Origin: an uncultured delta proteobacterium
Lineage (GTDB): Bacteria; Myxococcota_A; Polyangia; Fen-1088
Assembly: GCA_963737265.1 (NCBI GenBank)
Contig: CAVTRY010000023.1
Span: 224,001-288,000, forward strand
Length of the DNA: 64,000 bases
Reading direction: 5' to 3'
The notes below the pieces were generated by a model. That model was not told the origin of the DNA and made no database searches. It saw only the letters and a list, made by a program, of their open reading frames with translations. The translations under genes and the position numbers were made by a program. Below, piece by piece: positions 40,801-50,202 of the stretch (positions are counted from its first letter, which is position 1; each line of letters starts with the position of its first letter).

Positions 40801-40983
40801 CGAAACCATGGTTTCGGCGCTGGCGCCGGGGAAGCTGGTGGTCACCACAATGGTCGGATAATCCACCTGTGGCAGGGCTGCGACCGGCAATTGCGTGTAG
40901 CCCACGAGGCCCGCCAGCAGCACGCCGATCATGAGCAGCGTGGTGGCGATGGGACGCCGGATGAAGGGTTCCGAAATGTTCAC
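37855..40983 (-). CDS. RND permease, MdtB-like
   Basis: GTG start NISEPFIRRPIATTLL; GFVVDDAIVM; GIVKKNAIMMIDFA. Confidence 0.9.
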   Translation of the reverse strand: MNISEPFIRRPIATTLLMIGVLLAGLVGYTQLPVAALPQVDYPTIVVTTSFPGASAETMVSSITTPLERQFGQIPALSQLTSVSSLNSSLITLQFNLDRDIDSAEQDVQAAINAASTLLPRNLPTPPTYSKSNPADTPVLTFAISSDTLPLNKVADYVDSILAQKVSQVAGVGLVTLGGGVKPAVRVRVDPEALAGRGLTLEDVRAILVAANVNQPKGTLDGLRQNYTINVDDQIEKPAAYAPLVVAYRNGSPVRLSDVATVLDDVENAQLAGWANDHRAVIMNVQRQPGANLIAVTDRVKGILPQLRASMPSGIDIAILSDRTETVRASVDDVQFTLIITIILVVAVMYLFLRTFRATIIPGVAVPLSLIATFGVMQLCGYSLNNLTLMALTIATGFVVDDAIVMVENIARYIEEGESPFEAALKGARQIGFTIISLTVSLIAVLIPLLFMGGIVGRLFREFAVTLAIAIGISAFLSLTLTAMMGGHLLRAHEKPGRLAATFERGFNAMVHFYDRGLIWVLRHKRFTLAATVATLGLTVFLAWIVPKGFFPQQDTGLIVGVTEASPSISFPAMMDLQRQAADVIRADPDVQAVASFIGADGTNPTLNVGRLSVTLKSRHQRKSDADAIIARLAPRLREVSGIAVYLQSVQDLQVDTRTSRTQFQLTLEDADPTVLDTWAPRVLNAMKDVPLLRDVASDRQSTGLGLSLVIDRDLASSLGITAQNLDDTLYDAFGQRQVSIIFTQLNLYRVIMEVAPSFQQDPDGLRSIYVRSAAGNPVSLATIAHYEQSPHTPTIAHQGQFPAATLSFNLAPGAALGDAVAAIDGAMQSLDLPASVHPSFQGTAKVFSESLANEPILILAALITVYIVLGILYESYIHPITILSTLPSAGVGALLALMICRIEFSIIALIGIILLIGIVKKNAIMMIDFALEAEREKGLDPESAIHQACLLRFRPIMMTTMAALLGGLPMALGQGTGAELRRPLGIAIVGGLLISQVLTLYTTPVIYLAMDRLRHLGRSAKPAVKPAVVVPAQTAVGEPSA

Positions 40984-42182
40984 GGGTTCTTTGCCTCGCG
41001 CACGGCGCCGCCGCCCTTGCCCTTGCGTCCGCCCTGGTCTTTGTTCTCGCCCGGCTCGCGCGCTTCGACCAGGGCGCCCGGCTTGAGCTGGAACTGTCCC
41101 TCGGTGACCACGGTCTCGCCCGCGTTCACGCCGGTGCGAATGACGGCGAGCTTGGTGTCCGTGCTTTCCACTTCGATGGTCCGCGCCTTGACTGTTTTGT
41201 CCTCGCCCACGACATAGACGAAGGCGCCATCGGGGCCACGCTGCACCGCCACTGCGGGCATCACCAGCGCGTTCTTGCGCACGCCGAGGTACAGGCGCGA
41301 CTTTACGAACTGGTTGGGCCACAGAATGTGGCTGGGATTGGCGAAGATTGCCTTGAGGCGAACCATGGCGGTGGCGACGTTGATCTGGTTATCGATGACC
41401 TCCAGGGTGCCACTCGCCAGCACCTTGTCGCCGTCGCGCGATAGGGCCTCGACCACCGGTTTGCCGTCGGCCATCGCCTTCTGGATGCGCCCGAGCTCGT
41501 CCTGCGGCAGGGTAAAGATAACCGCGATGGGATCGATTTGCGTCACCACCACGATGCCGGCGGCCTCGGCGGCGTGCACGATGTTGCCGGGATCGACGAG
41601 GCGCACGCCGGTCACGCCGTCGATGGGCGAACGGATGTGTGCCCAGTCCAGCATCAGCTTGGCCTGGTCGATCTGCGCCTGGTCCAGCTTCACCGACCCT
41701 TTGAGCTGCCCCACCAGCACGCCCTGATCGTCCGCCTGTTGCTGCGCGATGAGCTTGTCCTTGGCCACGCGGGTGTAGCGGTCGAAATTGACCTTGCCGC
41801 CGCGCAGTTGCGCCTGGTCGCGCGCCAGGGCGCCCTCGGCCTGCTGAAGCTGGACCGCGAAAGGACGGGGATCGACGAGCGCGAGCAGCGCGCCTCGCTT
41901 GACGAATTCGCCCTCCTTGAAGCCAACGCTGTCCAAGCGACCATCGACCTGCGATCGCACGGTCACCGTCTTGTACGCGGTGACGGTGCCAAGACCGTCG
42001 AGGGTGACCGGCATGTCCTGGCGGACGACCTTGCTCGTGACCACGGGTACGGGACGTTTGTCTCCGCCGCCAGCGCGTGCGGCCTTGTCCTGACCGGCGC
42101 CTCCGCCACACGCCGCCAATAGCAAAGTCCCAAGCGCGAGCTCCATGCCGTGTGGCCGATTCCGGTAGCTGATAAGATTCAT
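40980..42182 (-). CDS. RND membrane-fusion lipoprotein, MdtA-like
   Basis: LLLAAC lipobox; TVTVRSQVDG; IRSPIDGVTGVRLVDPGN; LWPNQFV. Confidence 0.9.
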   Translation of the reverse strand: MNLISYRNRPHGMELALGTLLLAACGGGAGQDKAARAGGGDKRPVPVVTSKVVRQDMPVTLDGLGTVTAYKTVTVRSQVDGRLDSVGFKEGEFVKRGALLALVDPRPFAVQLQQAEGALARDQAQLRGGKVNFDRYTRVAKDKLIAQQQADDQGVLVGQLKGSVKLDQAQIDQAKLMLDWAHIRSPIDGVTGVRLVDPGNIVHAAEAAGIVVVTQIDPIAVIFTLPQDELGRIQKAMADGKPVVEALSRDGDKVLASGTLEVIDNQINVATAMVRLKAIFANPSHILWPNQFVKSRLYLGVRKNALVMPAVAVQRGPDGAFVYVVGEDKTVKARTIEVESTDTKLAVIRTGVNAGETVVTEGQFQLKPGALVEAREPGENKDQGGRKGKGGGAVREAKNP

Positions 42183-42205
42183 CGTAATTCTCTTCGTCCT
42201 TTCCA

Positions 42206-43516
42206 TTAGCGCCGTCCGAGCGCGCCCCACAGCGTGGCGCGGGCACTGGCCAGCGAAAAACGCGCGCCCACTTCCTGGGCCGCGGCTTGAGTCTGCGTCA
42301 CTTGTGCGTCTGACAGTTCGATGACGCCGCCCATGCCGACGGCGTAGCGCGATTCGGCCAACTGAAGCTGCTTCTTCGCGTTTTCGAGTGCCAGCGAAGC
42401 CGCGGTCAGGGTGGCGCGCGCGGCGCGCACTCCCAGAGACGCCTGCTCCACGTCGACGCGAACTTGCAGGCGAAAGGTATCCTCTTGCGCCTGAATCCCA
42501 CGCAGGTTGGCCTTGGCCTCGGCGACTTGGCCGGGGACCAAGCCGCCGGTGTAGATTGGCCAGGTTAGTAGACCACCTACCCACCAGTTGGGGGCCAGGC
42601 TGTCGAGGTATTCGCCGGTCCCGGTGAGGTTGGCCTGCGCCTGCAGATTGGGGCCGTAGCCGCCTCGCGCCGCCGAGATCAGTTTTTCCTGGGCCAGGCG
42701 TTGTTTGGCAAAGCTCGCGAGCTCGGGCCGGTCGCGCAGCGCGATTTCGAGCAGGCGATCGACAGGCGCGTCCTCATCCAGGATCGGCGGCATGTCGTCC
42801 GTTCCGGGCTCGTACGCCGCGGCGGAAGGCAGGCCGATGGTCTGGCTGAACGTGGCGCACGCCAAATCGTAGGCGTTTTGTGCACTGATGAGCTGCACGC
42901 GCGCATTGGCGAGATTGGTCTCGGCCGTGACCCGATCGATCTCCGGTCGCATGCCGGCGCCCACTTCCTCGTTGACTTGCTTGAGGTGCATCTCTTGATT
43001 GGTCACCGCATCCGCTGCCACCGCGACCAGATCCCGCTGCGCGCGCGCCTGAAAATAGGCCTTGCGCACATTGGTGATGATCTGCACCTGGACCGCGTGC
43101 TCGCTGTGCGTGGCCGCGGACTCGGTCGCTTCGGCCGAGCTCCAGCGATTCGACGTCTGACCGAAATCGTAGATGAGCTGCGATGCCGTGCCGCCCAAGG
43201 TGAAGTAGTTGTAGCTCTGCGTCCAAGACTGCGTGCCAAGCGCAGGGACGTTGGGCCGGTGCGTAGGATTGGCGGTCAGCCGTTGATATTCTCCCGTGCC
43301 CACAACCTGCGGCAAATAGGGCGCCCGACTCTCCTCCACCCGGGCCGACGCCACGTCCACGTTGGCGCGGGCCTGCGCCTCCGCCGGATGCGAGCGCAGG
43401 GCCAGGTCGATGGCAGCGTCGAGCGTTATGGTCTGCCTCGTCGTCGATGGCGCGGCGAACGCATCGCTGCGGAAAGCGCAGACCACAAGAAAGCCGCATG
43501 CGAAAAGCGCACGCAT
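42206..43516 (-). CDS. TolC-family outer membrane efflux protein
   Basis: Signal peptide; ITLDAAIDLAL; DRPEL; helical repeats; first gene of the RND operon. Confidence 0.88.
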   Translation of the reverse strand: MRALFACGFLVVCAFRSDAFAAPSTTRQTITLDAAIDLALRSHPAEAQARANVDVASARVEESRAPYLPQVVGTGEYQRLTANPTHRPNVPALGTQSWTQSYNYFTLGGTASQLIYDFGQTSNRWSSAEATESAATHSEHAVQVQIITNVRKAYFQARAQRDLVAVAADAVTNQEMHLKQVNEEVGAGMRPEIDRVTAETNLANARVQLISAQNAYDLACATFSQTIGLPSAAAYEPGTDDMPPILDEDAPVDRLLEIALRDRPELASFAKQRLAQEKLISAARGGYGPNLQAQANLTGTGEYLDSLAPNWWVGGLLTWPIYTGGLVPGQVAEAKANLRGIQAQEDTFRLQVRVDVEQASLGVRAARATLTAASLALENAKKQLQLAESRYAVGMGGVIELSDAQVTQTQAAAQEVGARFSLASARATLWGALGRR

Positions 43517-43723
43517 GGAAATACAAGCTGACCTCATCATGGCGGCGAAACATACAACGGCGCAGGCCAGGATGGGCGAGCGGTTAGGCGGCGTTCGGCG
43601 ATCAAGTGATGGTAGTAGAAGCGTAGCCACGCGCGCCTGTCTTGCACGAACGGTGCCCGTTCGACGTCCATTCGAAAGGACGGTTGCACCGCCGTGGCGA
43701 AAGGTGCTAGCCACACCACTTCC

Positions 43724-45073
43724 ATGGACGCCGTCAAGCACATGGGCGAGCAGTCGATCGGCCGGTTGCTCGTCCGCTACTCGCTGCCGGCCATCGCCGG
43801 ATTTCTCGCCAACGCGCTCTACCAGTTCGTCGATCGCATCTTGGTGGGGCGCGGCGTGGGCACCGACGGCATGGCGGCGGTCACGTCGGCGTTTCCGCTG
43901 TCCATCGTGGCCATGGCGCTGGGGCTCCTGGTCGGCACGGGCACCGGCAATCGCATCTCGGTTCTTCTCGGCCAACGCGATGCCGAGGGAGCGGAGCGCG
44001 TGCTTGGCCAGAGCTTGCGCCTGGCCCTCATCAACGGCGCAGCGCTGGCGCTCCTCATCTGGGTATTCACGCAGCCGATCTTGCTGGCCTGCGGATGTCC
44101 GCCCCGCCTGTTGCCCATGGCGGTTCCGTTCGCGCGCATTCTGTCGATCGGACAGATCTTTCTCATCGCGCTCATTTCCATGGGCAACATTCTGCGCGTG
44201 CAGGGGCGGCCGATGCTGGGGCTGCTCGTCATGTTGTCGAGCAACGTCGTCAATGTGGGGCTGGCGGCGATTGCGGTTTTCGGCCTGCACTGGGGCGTGA
44301 CGGGGACGGCGTTGGCCACGGCGATTTCGCAGGCCGCTGGCTGCCTGACCGTGATCGCAATCGTGCAAAGTCGGTCCAGCGTGCTGCACATCCGGCGCGC
44401 CTTTCTCAAGGCAGACCGCGCGCTCGCGAAATCCATCCTCACGCTGGGCGCGCCGTTCGGACTGATGCAGTTGCTGGCGACCATGGTGTTTCTGGCCGCG
44501 AACCACGGAGCTGGCGGCCAGGCGGGAACGCGTGGGGTGGCAGCCCTCGGCGTCCTCAATACCGTAGCCATGTTGCTGATCTATCCACCGCTCGGCGTGA
44601 TGCAGGCGATGCAGCCGCTGGTCGGGTTCAACAAGGGCGCGGGACAAATGAAACGCGTGCGCGCCATCCTGGTGCGTGTGCTGCTGGCCACCACGACCAT
44701 GGGGATCCTCTTTTCGGTGTTGGTGGCGCTGTTCTCGGGCGCCATCGCCGGGCTATTCAGCAGAACCGATACCGAGCTCATCGAAATGGTCCGTCGTGGC
44801 CTGCCGTGGTTCGTGATTCCAATTTCGCTATTCGGCGTCACGGGAACCATGGCGCACTACTTTCTCAGCGTGCACGTGCCACGCAAGGCCGCGCTGCTGC
44901 TGCTCGGCCGCCAGCTGCTGGCCATGCCGCTGTTTATTCTGTTGCCGCGCTGGCTGGGTTTCTACGGACTCTATCTCGTGGGGCCTTGCTCGGATCTTCC
45001 GTTTGCCATCGTCGCCGCCGCGATCATGGTGCGCGAGCTAACCAGCCTTAGCACGGCGCCCAAGCCAGCGTAA
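43724..45073 (+). CDS. MATE-family efflux transporter (MepA-like)
   Basis: SIGRLLVRYSLP, LYQFVDRILVG, QPLVGFNKGA; about 12 TM segments. Confidence 0.9.
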   Translation: MDAVKHMGEQSIGRLLVRYSLPAIAGFLANALYQFVDRILVGRGVGTDGMAAVTSAFPLSIVAMALGLLVGTGTGNRISVLLGQRDAEGAERVLGQSLRLALINGAALALLIWVFTQPILLACGCPPRLLPMAVPFARILSIGQIFLIALISMGNILRVQGRPMLGLLVMLSSNVVNVGLAAIAVFGLHWGVTGTALATAISQAAGCLTVIAIVQSRSSVLHIRRAFLKADRALAKSILTLGAPFGLMQLLATMVFLAANHGAGGQAGTRGVAALGVLNTVAMLLIYPPLGVMQAMQPLVGFNKGAGQMKRVRAILVRVLLATTTMGILFSVLVALFSGAIAGLFSRTDTELIEMVRRGLPWFVIPISLFGVTGTMAHYFLSVHVPRKAALLLLGRQLLAMPLFILLPRWLGFYGLYLVGPCSDLPFAIVAAAIMVRELTSLSTAPKPA

Positions 45074-45092
45074 TCGCAGCGGCGCATGGTCT

Positions 45093-46628
45093 TCAACCGA
45101 CGGCCCGCCGACGATCAACGGCCATTTCCATCTCCGCCTCGGCTTGCAAGCTAGCACGGTCGCGGTTGACCGTGGCCACCGCCAGTCGCTTGTCGCCCTT
45201 CCAGTATTCCACTCGGCAGTCGCGGGCCTTGGCATCGCCGTCGATAGCGACGCGATCCCAACTTTCGGCGTGGCCAACGTAGGCGACAGTCATATCGAAG
45301 TGAGCGCTCCAAAAGAAGGGCACGGCGGTGAAAGGCTCGCGCGCGCCAAGCATGTTGCGCGCCGCCGTTTGACCTTGGCGCTGGGCCACCACCCAGTGCT
45401 CGACGCGGATGAGGGCGCCGCTGTGCGGGTCCGGCCATCTTGCAATGTCGCCAGCGGCGAAGATACCCGCCGAAGACGTTTCCAGGTACGCGTCGACCTT
45501 GACCCCCCGGTCGATTTCCAGTCCGGCCTTTTCCGCCAGAGCCGTCTCGGGCGTCACGCCGGCTCCAATCACCACCACGTCCGCCGCAAGCCGATCCCCG
45601 CTCGACAGCACGACGTGCGTGCCGTCGATGGCGACCGGCCTCTGCCCCAAGTGAAAAACGACGCCATGGGATTCGTGGACGGTCTGGATCATGGCCCCGA
45701 TATCGGCACCAAGGATCCGTTCCAGCGGATGCGCGTCGGGCGCCACGACGTGAACATCGAGCCCGCGGGCGCGCAGCGAGGCGGCCGCTTCCAGTCCGAT
45801 GAATCCCGCCCCAACCACCAAGGCCCGTTGTGCCGTTTTCGCCCTCTCGATCAGGGCTCGGCTATCGCTCAAGCTGCGCAGGGTCAGCACGTGACCGAGG
45901 TCGGCGCCGGGGATGGGCAGGCGGCGAGCCCGTGCGCCCGTCGCCAACAAGAGCGCGCCAAAGGGCAGCGATTCTCCGCCGGCCAGCCCGACGGTGCGCG
46001 CCTTCGCGTCGATGCTGGTCACGGGTGTGGCGGTGCGCAGGTCGATATTCCGTTCGCGATAGAATTCGCGCGGGCGCAGCGGAATCCATTCCTCAGGCGC
46101 GGCCCCCGCGAGGTAGTCCTTGGAGAGATTGGGCCGGTCGTAGGGAATATCGGCATCCGCGCCAACCACCGTGACAGTACCGGCGTAACCCTCGCGACGA
46201 AGGGTTTCTGCGGCAGCGCTGCCGGCCGCGCCAGTTCCGACGATGACGATCGACGATGGCGCCGCAACCGGCGTGCGCGCTGGCACCGGGCGACGTTTGC
46301 CGACGATGAACACTTGATTCGCCCTGCGCTCGACCACAAAACAATCCACCGGGTTCAGCGCCGGGGCGGCCAGTAGCTCGCCGCTCCGGAGCGAAAAGCA
46401 GGCGTGGTGCCACGGACAACGCACCGTATCCCCCACCACCAACCCATCCTCCAGGGGCGCGCCGTAGTGCGAGCAGCGAGCGCCGATGGCGAGAACTTCT
46501 TCCCCGTGGCGCACAACGAGCACGGGCTCGCCCTGAAAGTGACCTTCGACGGAAATTCCATCCCCAAGCTGGTCGAGAGAAAATCCTACCGCAAGGTCCG
46601 GCCCCTTCGCTGGCGACGCTTCAAGCAT
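45093..46628 (-). CDS. Rieske [2Fe-2S] plus FAD-dependent oxidoreductase
   Basis: CSHYG...CPWH; GTGAAG; GAGFIGLE; AAGD; VPFFWS. Confidence 0.92.
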   Translation of the reverse strand: MLEASPAKGPDLAVGFSLDQLGDGISVEGHFQGEPVLVVRHGEEVLAIGARCSHYGAPLEDGLVVGDTVRCPWHHACFSLRSGELLAAPALNPVDCFVVERRANQVFIVGKRRPVPARTPVAAPSSIVIVGTGAAGSAAAETLRREGYAGTVTVVGADADIPYDRPNLSKDYLAGAAPEEWIPLRPREFYRERNIDLRTATPVTSIDAKARTVGLAGGESLPFGALLLATGARARRLPIPGADLGHVLTLRSLSDSRALIERAKTAQRALVVGAGFIGLEAAASLRARGLDVHVVAPDAHPLERILGADIGAMIQTVHESHGVVFHLGQRPVAIDGTHVVLSSGDRLAADVVVIGAGVTPETALAEKAGLEIDRGVKVDAYLETSSAGIFAAGDIARWPDPHSGALIRVEHWVVAQRQGQTAARNMLGAREPFTAVPFFWSAHFDMTVAYVGHAESWDRVAIDGDAKARDCRVEYWKGDKRLAVATVNRDRASLQAEAEMEMAVDRRRAVG

Positions 46629-46799
46629 GGCTGCCTCCTCGGTTGGATTAGATGACTCAAGGCCATCAAAAGCCACAGCCGCGGGGCGACAATTGTGGCT
46701 CACACAAGCGTCACACAAACACCACACAATGGTAACGGCGCGGGCGAGCAAGCTGATCTAGCGTGGTGGGCGAACAAATTAGCGCAAAGGAGGCCAAGC

Positions 46800-47051
46800 A
46801 TGGCCAGCTTCACGTCACGCTATGGGGAGTGGCAGCAGGACTTCGAATTGGTCACCCCATTGGAAACCGAATTGGAAACCAACGTTCGCCAAGGCACGCA
46901 AAACACGCAAGTCCAGCCCATCATCTCGAGCGAAAACCAGGACATCGAATGGGAAGACCCAGGGGACCAAGACCACGCCGACGAAGATCTTCCCGATCTC
47001 CCGGTCGAGCGCTACAACAGCGTTTGGGAGGCGATGCTGTTCCAGCTGTAG
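46800..47051 (+). CDS. Small acidic hypothetical protein
   Basis: Strong AAAGGAGG RBS before ATG 46800; 83 aa, rich in D/E. Confidence 0.5.
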   Translation: MASFTSRYGEWQQDFELVTPLETELETNVRQGTQNTQVQPIISSENQDIEWEDPGDQDHADEDLPDLPVERYNSVWEAMLFQL

Positions 47052-47158
47052 CAGGCTGCCCGCCGAGGCCGCCGAATCGGCACTTTTTCGGGCCGCGCCC
47101 TTTCGGGTGGCCTGGTTCGCGCTATATTCCGGGCCTCGTGTCGAAGGCACTTCTACCC

Positions 47159-48127
47159 ATGCAAGCTCCCGTCGAAGCCGCAGAACCTCCCGCGGCGCCG
47201 GAAGCTGCGACCCACGTTCCCGTCGTAGTCGGCCCGACGTTACCGGCGAACGGCGGTCGTCGCCTGGCCGGAACGCTGCTCAAGCGACGAGTGAATACGC
47301 TCTTTCGCCATTTTCCGGCGGCCCTCACCGGCGACGAGGAAGGCATTCACCAGCTGCGCGTGTCCGGTCGCCGCCTGCGCGTCGCCCTGCCTCTGCTGGC
47401 GGAGCATGCCGACGGCCGGCGCGCCGCCCGCGCGCGGCGCCTGCTCCAGATGCTGACGCGAACCGCGGGCAGCAGCCGCGATTTGGACGTGCTGCTGGAA
47501 TCGTATGACGTACGGCTGAAGGACTTGCCGGCGCGGACAGCCGAGCAAAAGCTCCTGCGCCACCGTCTGGCGAGCGCCCGGCGCCGCGGTCGCGCGCGCA
47601 TGGTCGGCAGTCTGCTCGATCTGGAAATCTCGCGCTTGCGCCGCGATCTCGCCGCCTTGATCGCACGCGGCGGCCCCCAACCCGCGGTGGTCTGCGAGCG
47701 CTTCGCGGCCCTGTGCGAACGCGAAGGTCAGGCTCTGCAGGGCGGCTTCGCGGCCCTTGGAGCACGCCTCGACGCCAAGGCGCTGCACGGTCTGCGCCGG
47801 CGGGCCCGACGCCTGCGGTACGCGGTGGAGGTCTTCGACCAGATCCGCAATTTCGAGTCCGCCGCGGCCAAGCCCTGGAAAACGCTGCAAGATCTCATCG
47901 GCGTGCTTCACGATCATCACGTGCTGGCGGAATGGTTCGACCAGCAGGCGCAAGCGGACGAGAAACGCGGGAACGCCCTGCTGGCGGCGACGGCGACCGC
48001 CGAGGCGGCATGGGCGCGCGCCACCATGCACCGGTTGCACCAGGACTTTCTCGCCGCGCAGCCCACGACCCTGGTGGAGCAGGGGCTTTCCGCCGTGGGC
48101 TTCACGCCCGCCGCGCCGTCCAACTGA
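47159..48127 (+). CDS. CHAD-domain (polyphosphate-binding) protein
   Basis: IHQLRVSGRRLR, RDLDV, LHGLRRRARRLRY, LQDLIGVLHD. Confidence 0.88.
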   Translation: MQAPVEAAEPPAAPEAATHVPVVVGPTLPANGGRRLAGTLLKRRVNTLFRHFPAALTGDEEGIHQLRVSGRRLRVALPLLAEHADGRRAARARRLLQMLTRTAGSSRDLDVLLESYDVRLKDLPARTAEQKLLRHRLASARRRGRARMVGSLLDLEISRLRRDLAALIARGGPQPAVVCERFAALCEREGQALQGGFAALGARLDAKALHGLRRRARRLRYAVEVFDQIRNFESAAAKPWKTLQDLIGVLHDHHVLAEWFDQQAQADEKRGNALLAATATAEAAWARATMHRLHQDFLAAQPTTLVEQGLSAVGFTPAAPSN

Positions 48128-48135
48128 GAATCGCC

Positions 48136-48624
48136 ATGCGCCTGCTATTTATTCGCCACGCCATCGCCATCGCCGCCGACACGAGCGGCGTGCGCGACGA
48201 GGATCGGCCGCTCACTGCCGAAGGCGAGCAGCTTTTTCGCCATACCGCCCGCATGCTCGCGCGCGCGACGGACAAGCCGCGGGCGATCCTGACGAGCCCG
48301 CTCGTGCGCGCGCGCCAGACCGCCGACCTCGCCGCGCAAGCCTTCCGCGATGTGCGCGCGACCGTCGTGCCCGCGCTGGCCGAGGGCGATTGGCCCGGGA
48401 TCCGCAAAGCGCTGGCAGCTTACAAAAGCGACGACACCGTCGCACTCGTGGGCCACGAAAGCTGGATGTCGACTCTTACGGCGCGCCTTTTGGGTAGCGA
48501 CGAACACCGCGCGTTCGACTACCGCAAGGGCGGCGTCGCGCTCATCGAGATCGACGATGTGGAGGCCTGCAAGGGAACCCTGCTGTGGTTCATCCCGCCG
48601 CGGGTATTCCGCCGCTTGGGCTAG
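48136..48624 (+). CDS. sixA: SixA-like phosphohistidine phosphatase
   Basis: MRLLFIRHA, RPLTAEG, TSPLVRARQTA, LVGHE. Confidence 0.85.
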   Translation: MRLLFIRHAIAIAADTSGVRDEDRPLTAEGEQLFRHTARMLARATDKPRAILTSPLVRARQTADLAAQAFRDVRATVVPALAEGDWPGIRKALAAYKSDDTVALVGHESWMSTLTARLLGSDEHRAFDYRKGGVALIEIDDVEACKGTLLWFIPPRVFRRLG

Positions 48625-48645
48625 GAAACCAGGATCGGCGCTGGG
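48617..48645. repeat. 29-bp direct repeat, left island boundary
   Basis: TGGGCTAGGAAACCAGGATCGGCGCTGGG, identical to 63694-63722. Confidence 0.9.
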
Positions 48646-48902
48646 CTGCCGAAATACCCAGGGCAGGTCATTGGCGTATTCCGCGCGGATTGTCATTCGG
48701 GTGTCGGCGGGCGCCGCGAACCTGGCTAATCACGCCCAGCCCGATGTACCGATTCGGCCGCGCTCGTGCGGCTCCAGCGGCGCGTAAAGCGCGTCAGGAC
48801 GAGGGTTCATCGCTCTCTCACCGTCGCGACGCCGTTTGTGTTCCAGGCGTAACTGGTCGACAATACGTGCTGCCTCCACCGGACATGGGCCCTGGGTGAT
48901 CT

Positions 48903-50175
48903 GTGAACAAGAAAGACCTCACCGAAGCGGACATCCGAACCAAGTTCATCACCCCGGCGATCGTCGCCGGCGGGTGGGATCTCATGACCCAGCTTAGCGA
49001 GGAGGCCTACTTCACCAAGGGGCGGGTCATGGTCCGCGGCAAGTCCGTAGCCCGGGGCGAGGCCAGGAAAGCCGACTACATCCTCTTCTACAAGCCCAAC
49101 CTGCCCATCGCGGTCGTCGAGGCCAAGGACAACAACCACACCGTGGCCTCGGGCATGGGCCAGGCCCTGGAATACGCCGAGATCCTGGACGTCCCCTTCG
49201 CCTTCAGCTCGAACGGTGACGGCTTCCAGGAACACGACCGCACCAAGACCAGCGGCACGGTCGAGCGCGAGCTGCCCATGGATCGCTTTCCTTCCCCCGC
49301 CGACCTGTGGGCGCGCTACTGCGCCGCCAAGGGCCTGACCTCCAAGCAGGAAGCCGTCACCACCCAGGACTACTACGATGACGGCTCGGGCAAGACGCCC
49401 CGCTACTACCAGAGCATCGCCATCAACCGGACCGTGGAGGCCGTGGCCCGCGGCGAGAAGCGCGTGTTGCTGGTCATGGCCACGGGGACCGGCAAGACCT
49501 ACACCGCCTTTCAGATCATTTGGCGCCTGTGGAAGTCCGGCGCCAAGAAGCGGATCCTGTTCCTGGTCGACCGCAACATCCTGGCCGACCAGACCAAGAC
49601 CAACGACTTCAAGCCCTTCGGCAAGGCGATGACCAAGGTCACCAACCGCACCGCCGACAAGGCCTACGAGATTTACCTGTCGCTCTACCAGGCGGTCAGC
49701 GGCACCGAGGAAGAGCAGAACATCTACAAGCAGTTCTCGCCCGACTTCTTCGACCTGGTCTTCATCGACGAGTGCCACCGCGGCAGCGCCGCCGACGATG
49801 CGGCCTGGCGCAAGATCCTGGAATACTTCTCGTCGGCCACGCAGATTGGCATGACCGCCACGCCCAAGGAAACCAAGGAGGTTTCCAACATCGACTACTT
49901 CGGCGAGCCCATCTACACCTACTCGCTCAAGCAGGGCATCTCGGACGGGTTCCTGGCCCCCTACAAGGTCGTGCGCATCGGCCTCGACAAAGATCTCGAC
50001 GGCTGGCGGCCCGAGAAGGGCCAGACCGACCGCTACGGCAATGAGATCGCCGACCGCGAATACGCCCAGACCGACTTCGACAAGACCCTGATCCTCGACC
50101 GCCGCACCCGCTGCGTGGCCGGCCGAATTACCGACTTCCTGCACGCCACCAACCGCTTCGCCAAGACCATCGTGA
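48903..50175 (+). pseudogene. hsdR: Type I restriction subunit HsdR (EcoEI-like), C-terminal half missing
   Basis: ADYILF..VVEAK, ATGTGKT, DECHRG, GMTATP; similarity stops at FAKTIV. Confidence 0.85.
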
Positions 50176-50202
50176 ACCACGTCACCCCAAAGGTAGTTGA
50201 AC

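Noticed and set aside
34715-40983. Repeated DNA between the two RND genes
   Set aside because: Ordinary MdtB/MdtC paralogy.
42206-44647. 813-aa TolC fusion
   Set aside because: The N-terminal part is antisense to the MATE gene.
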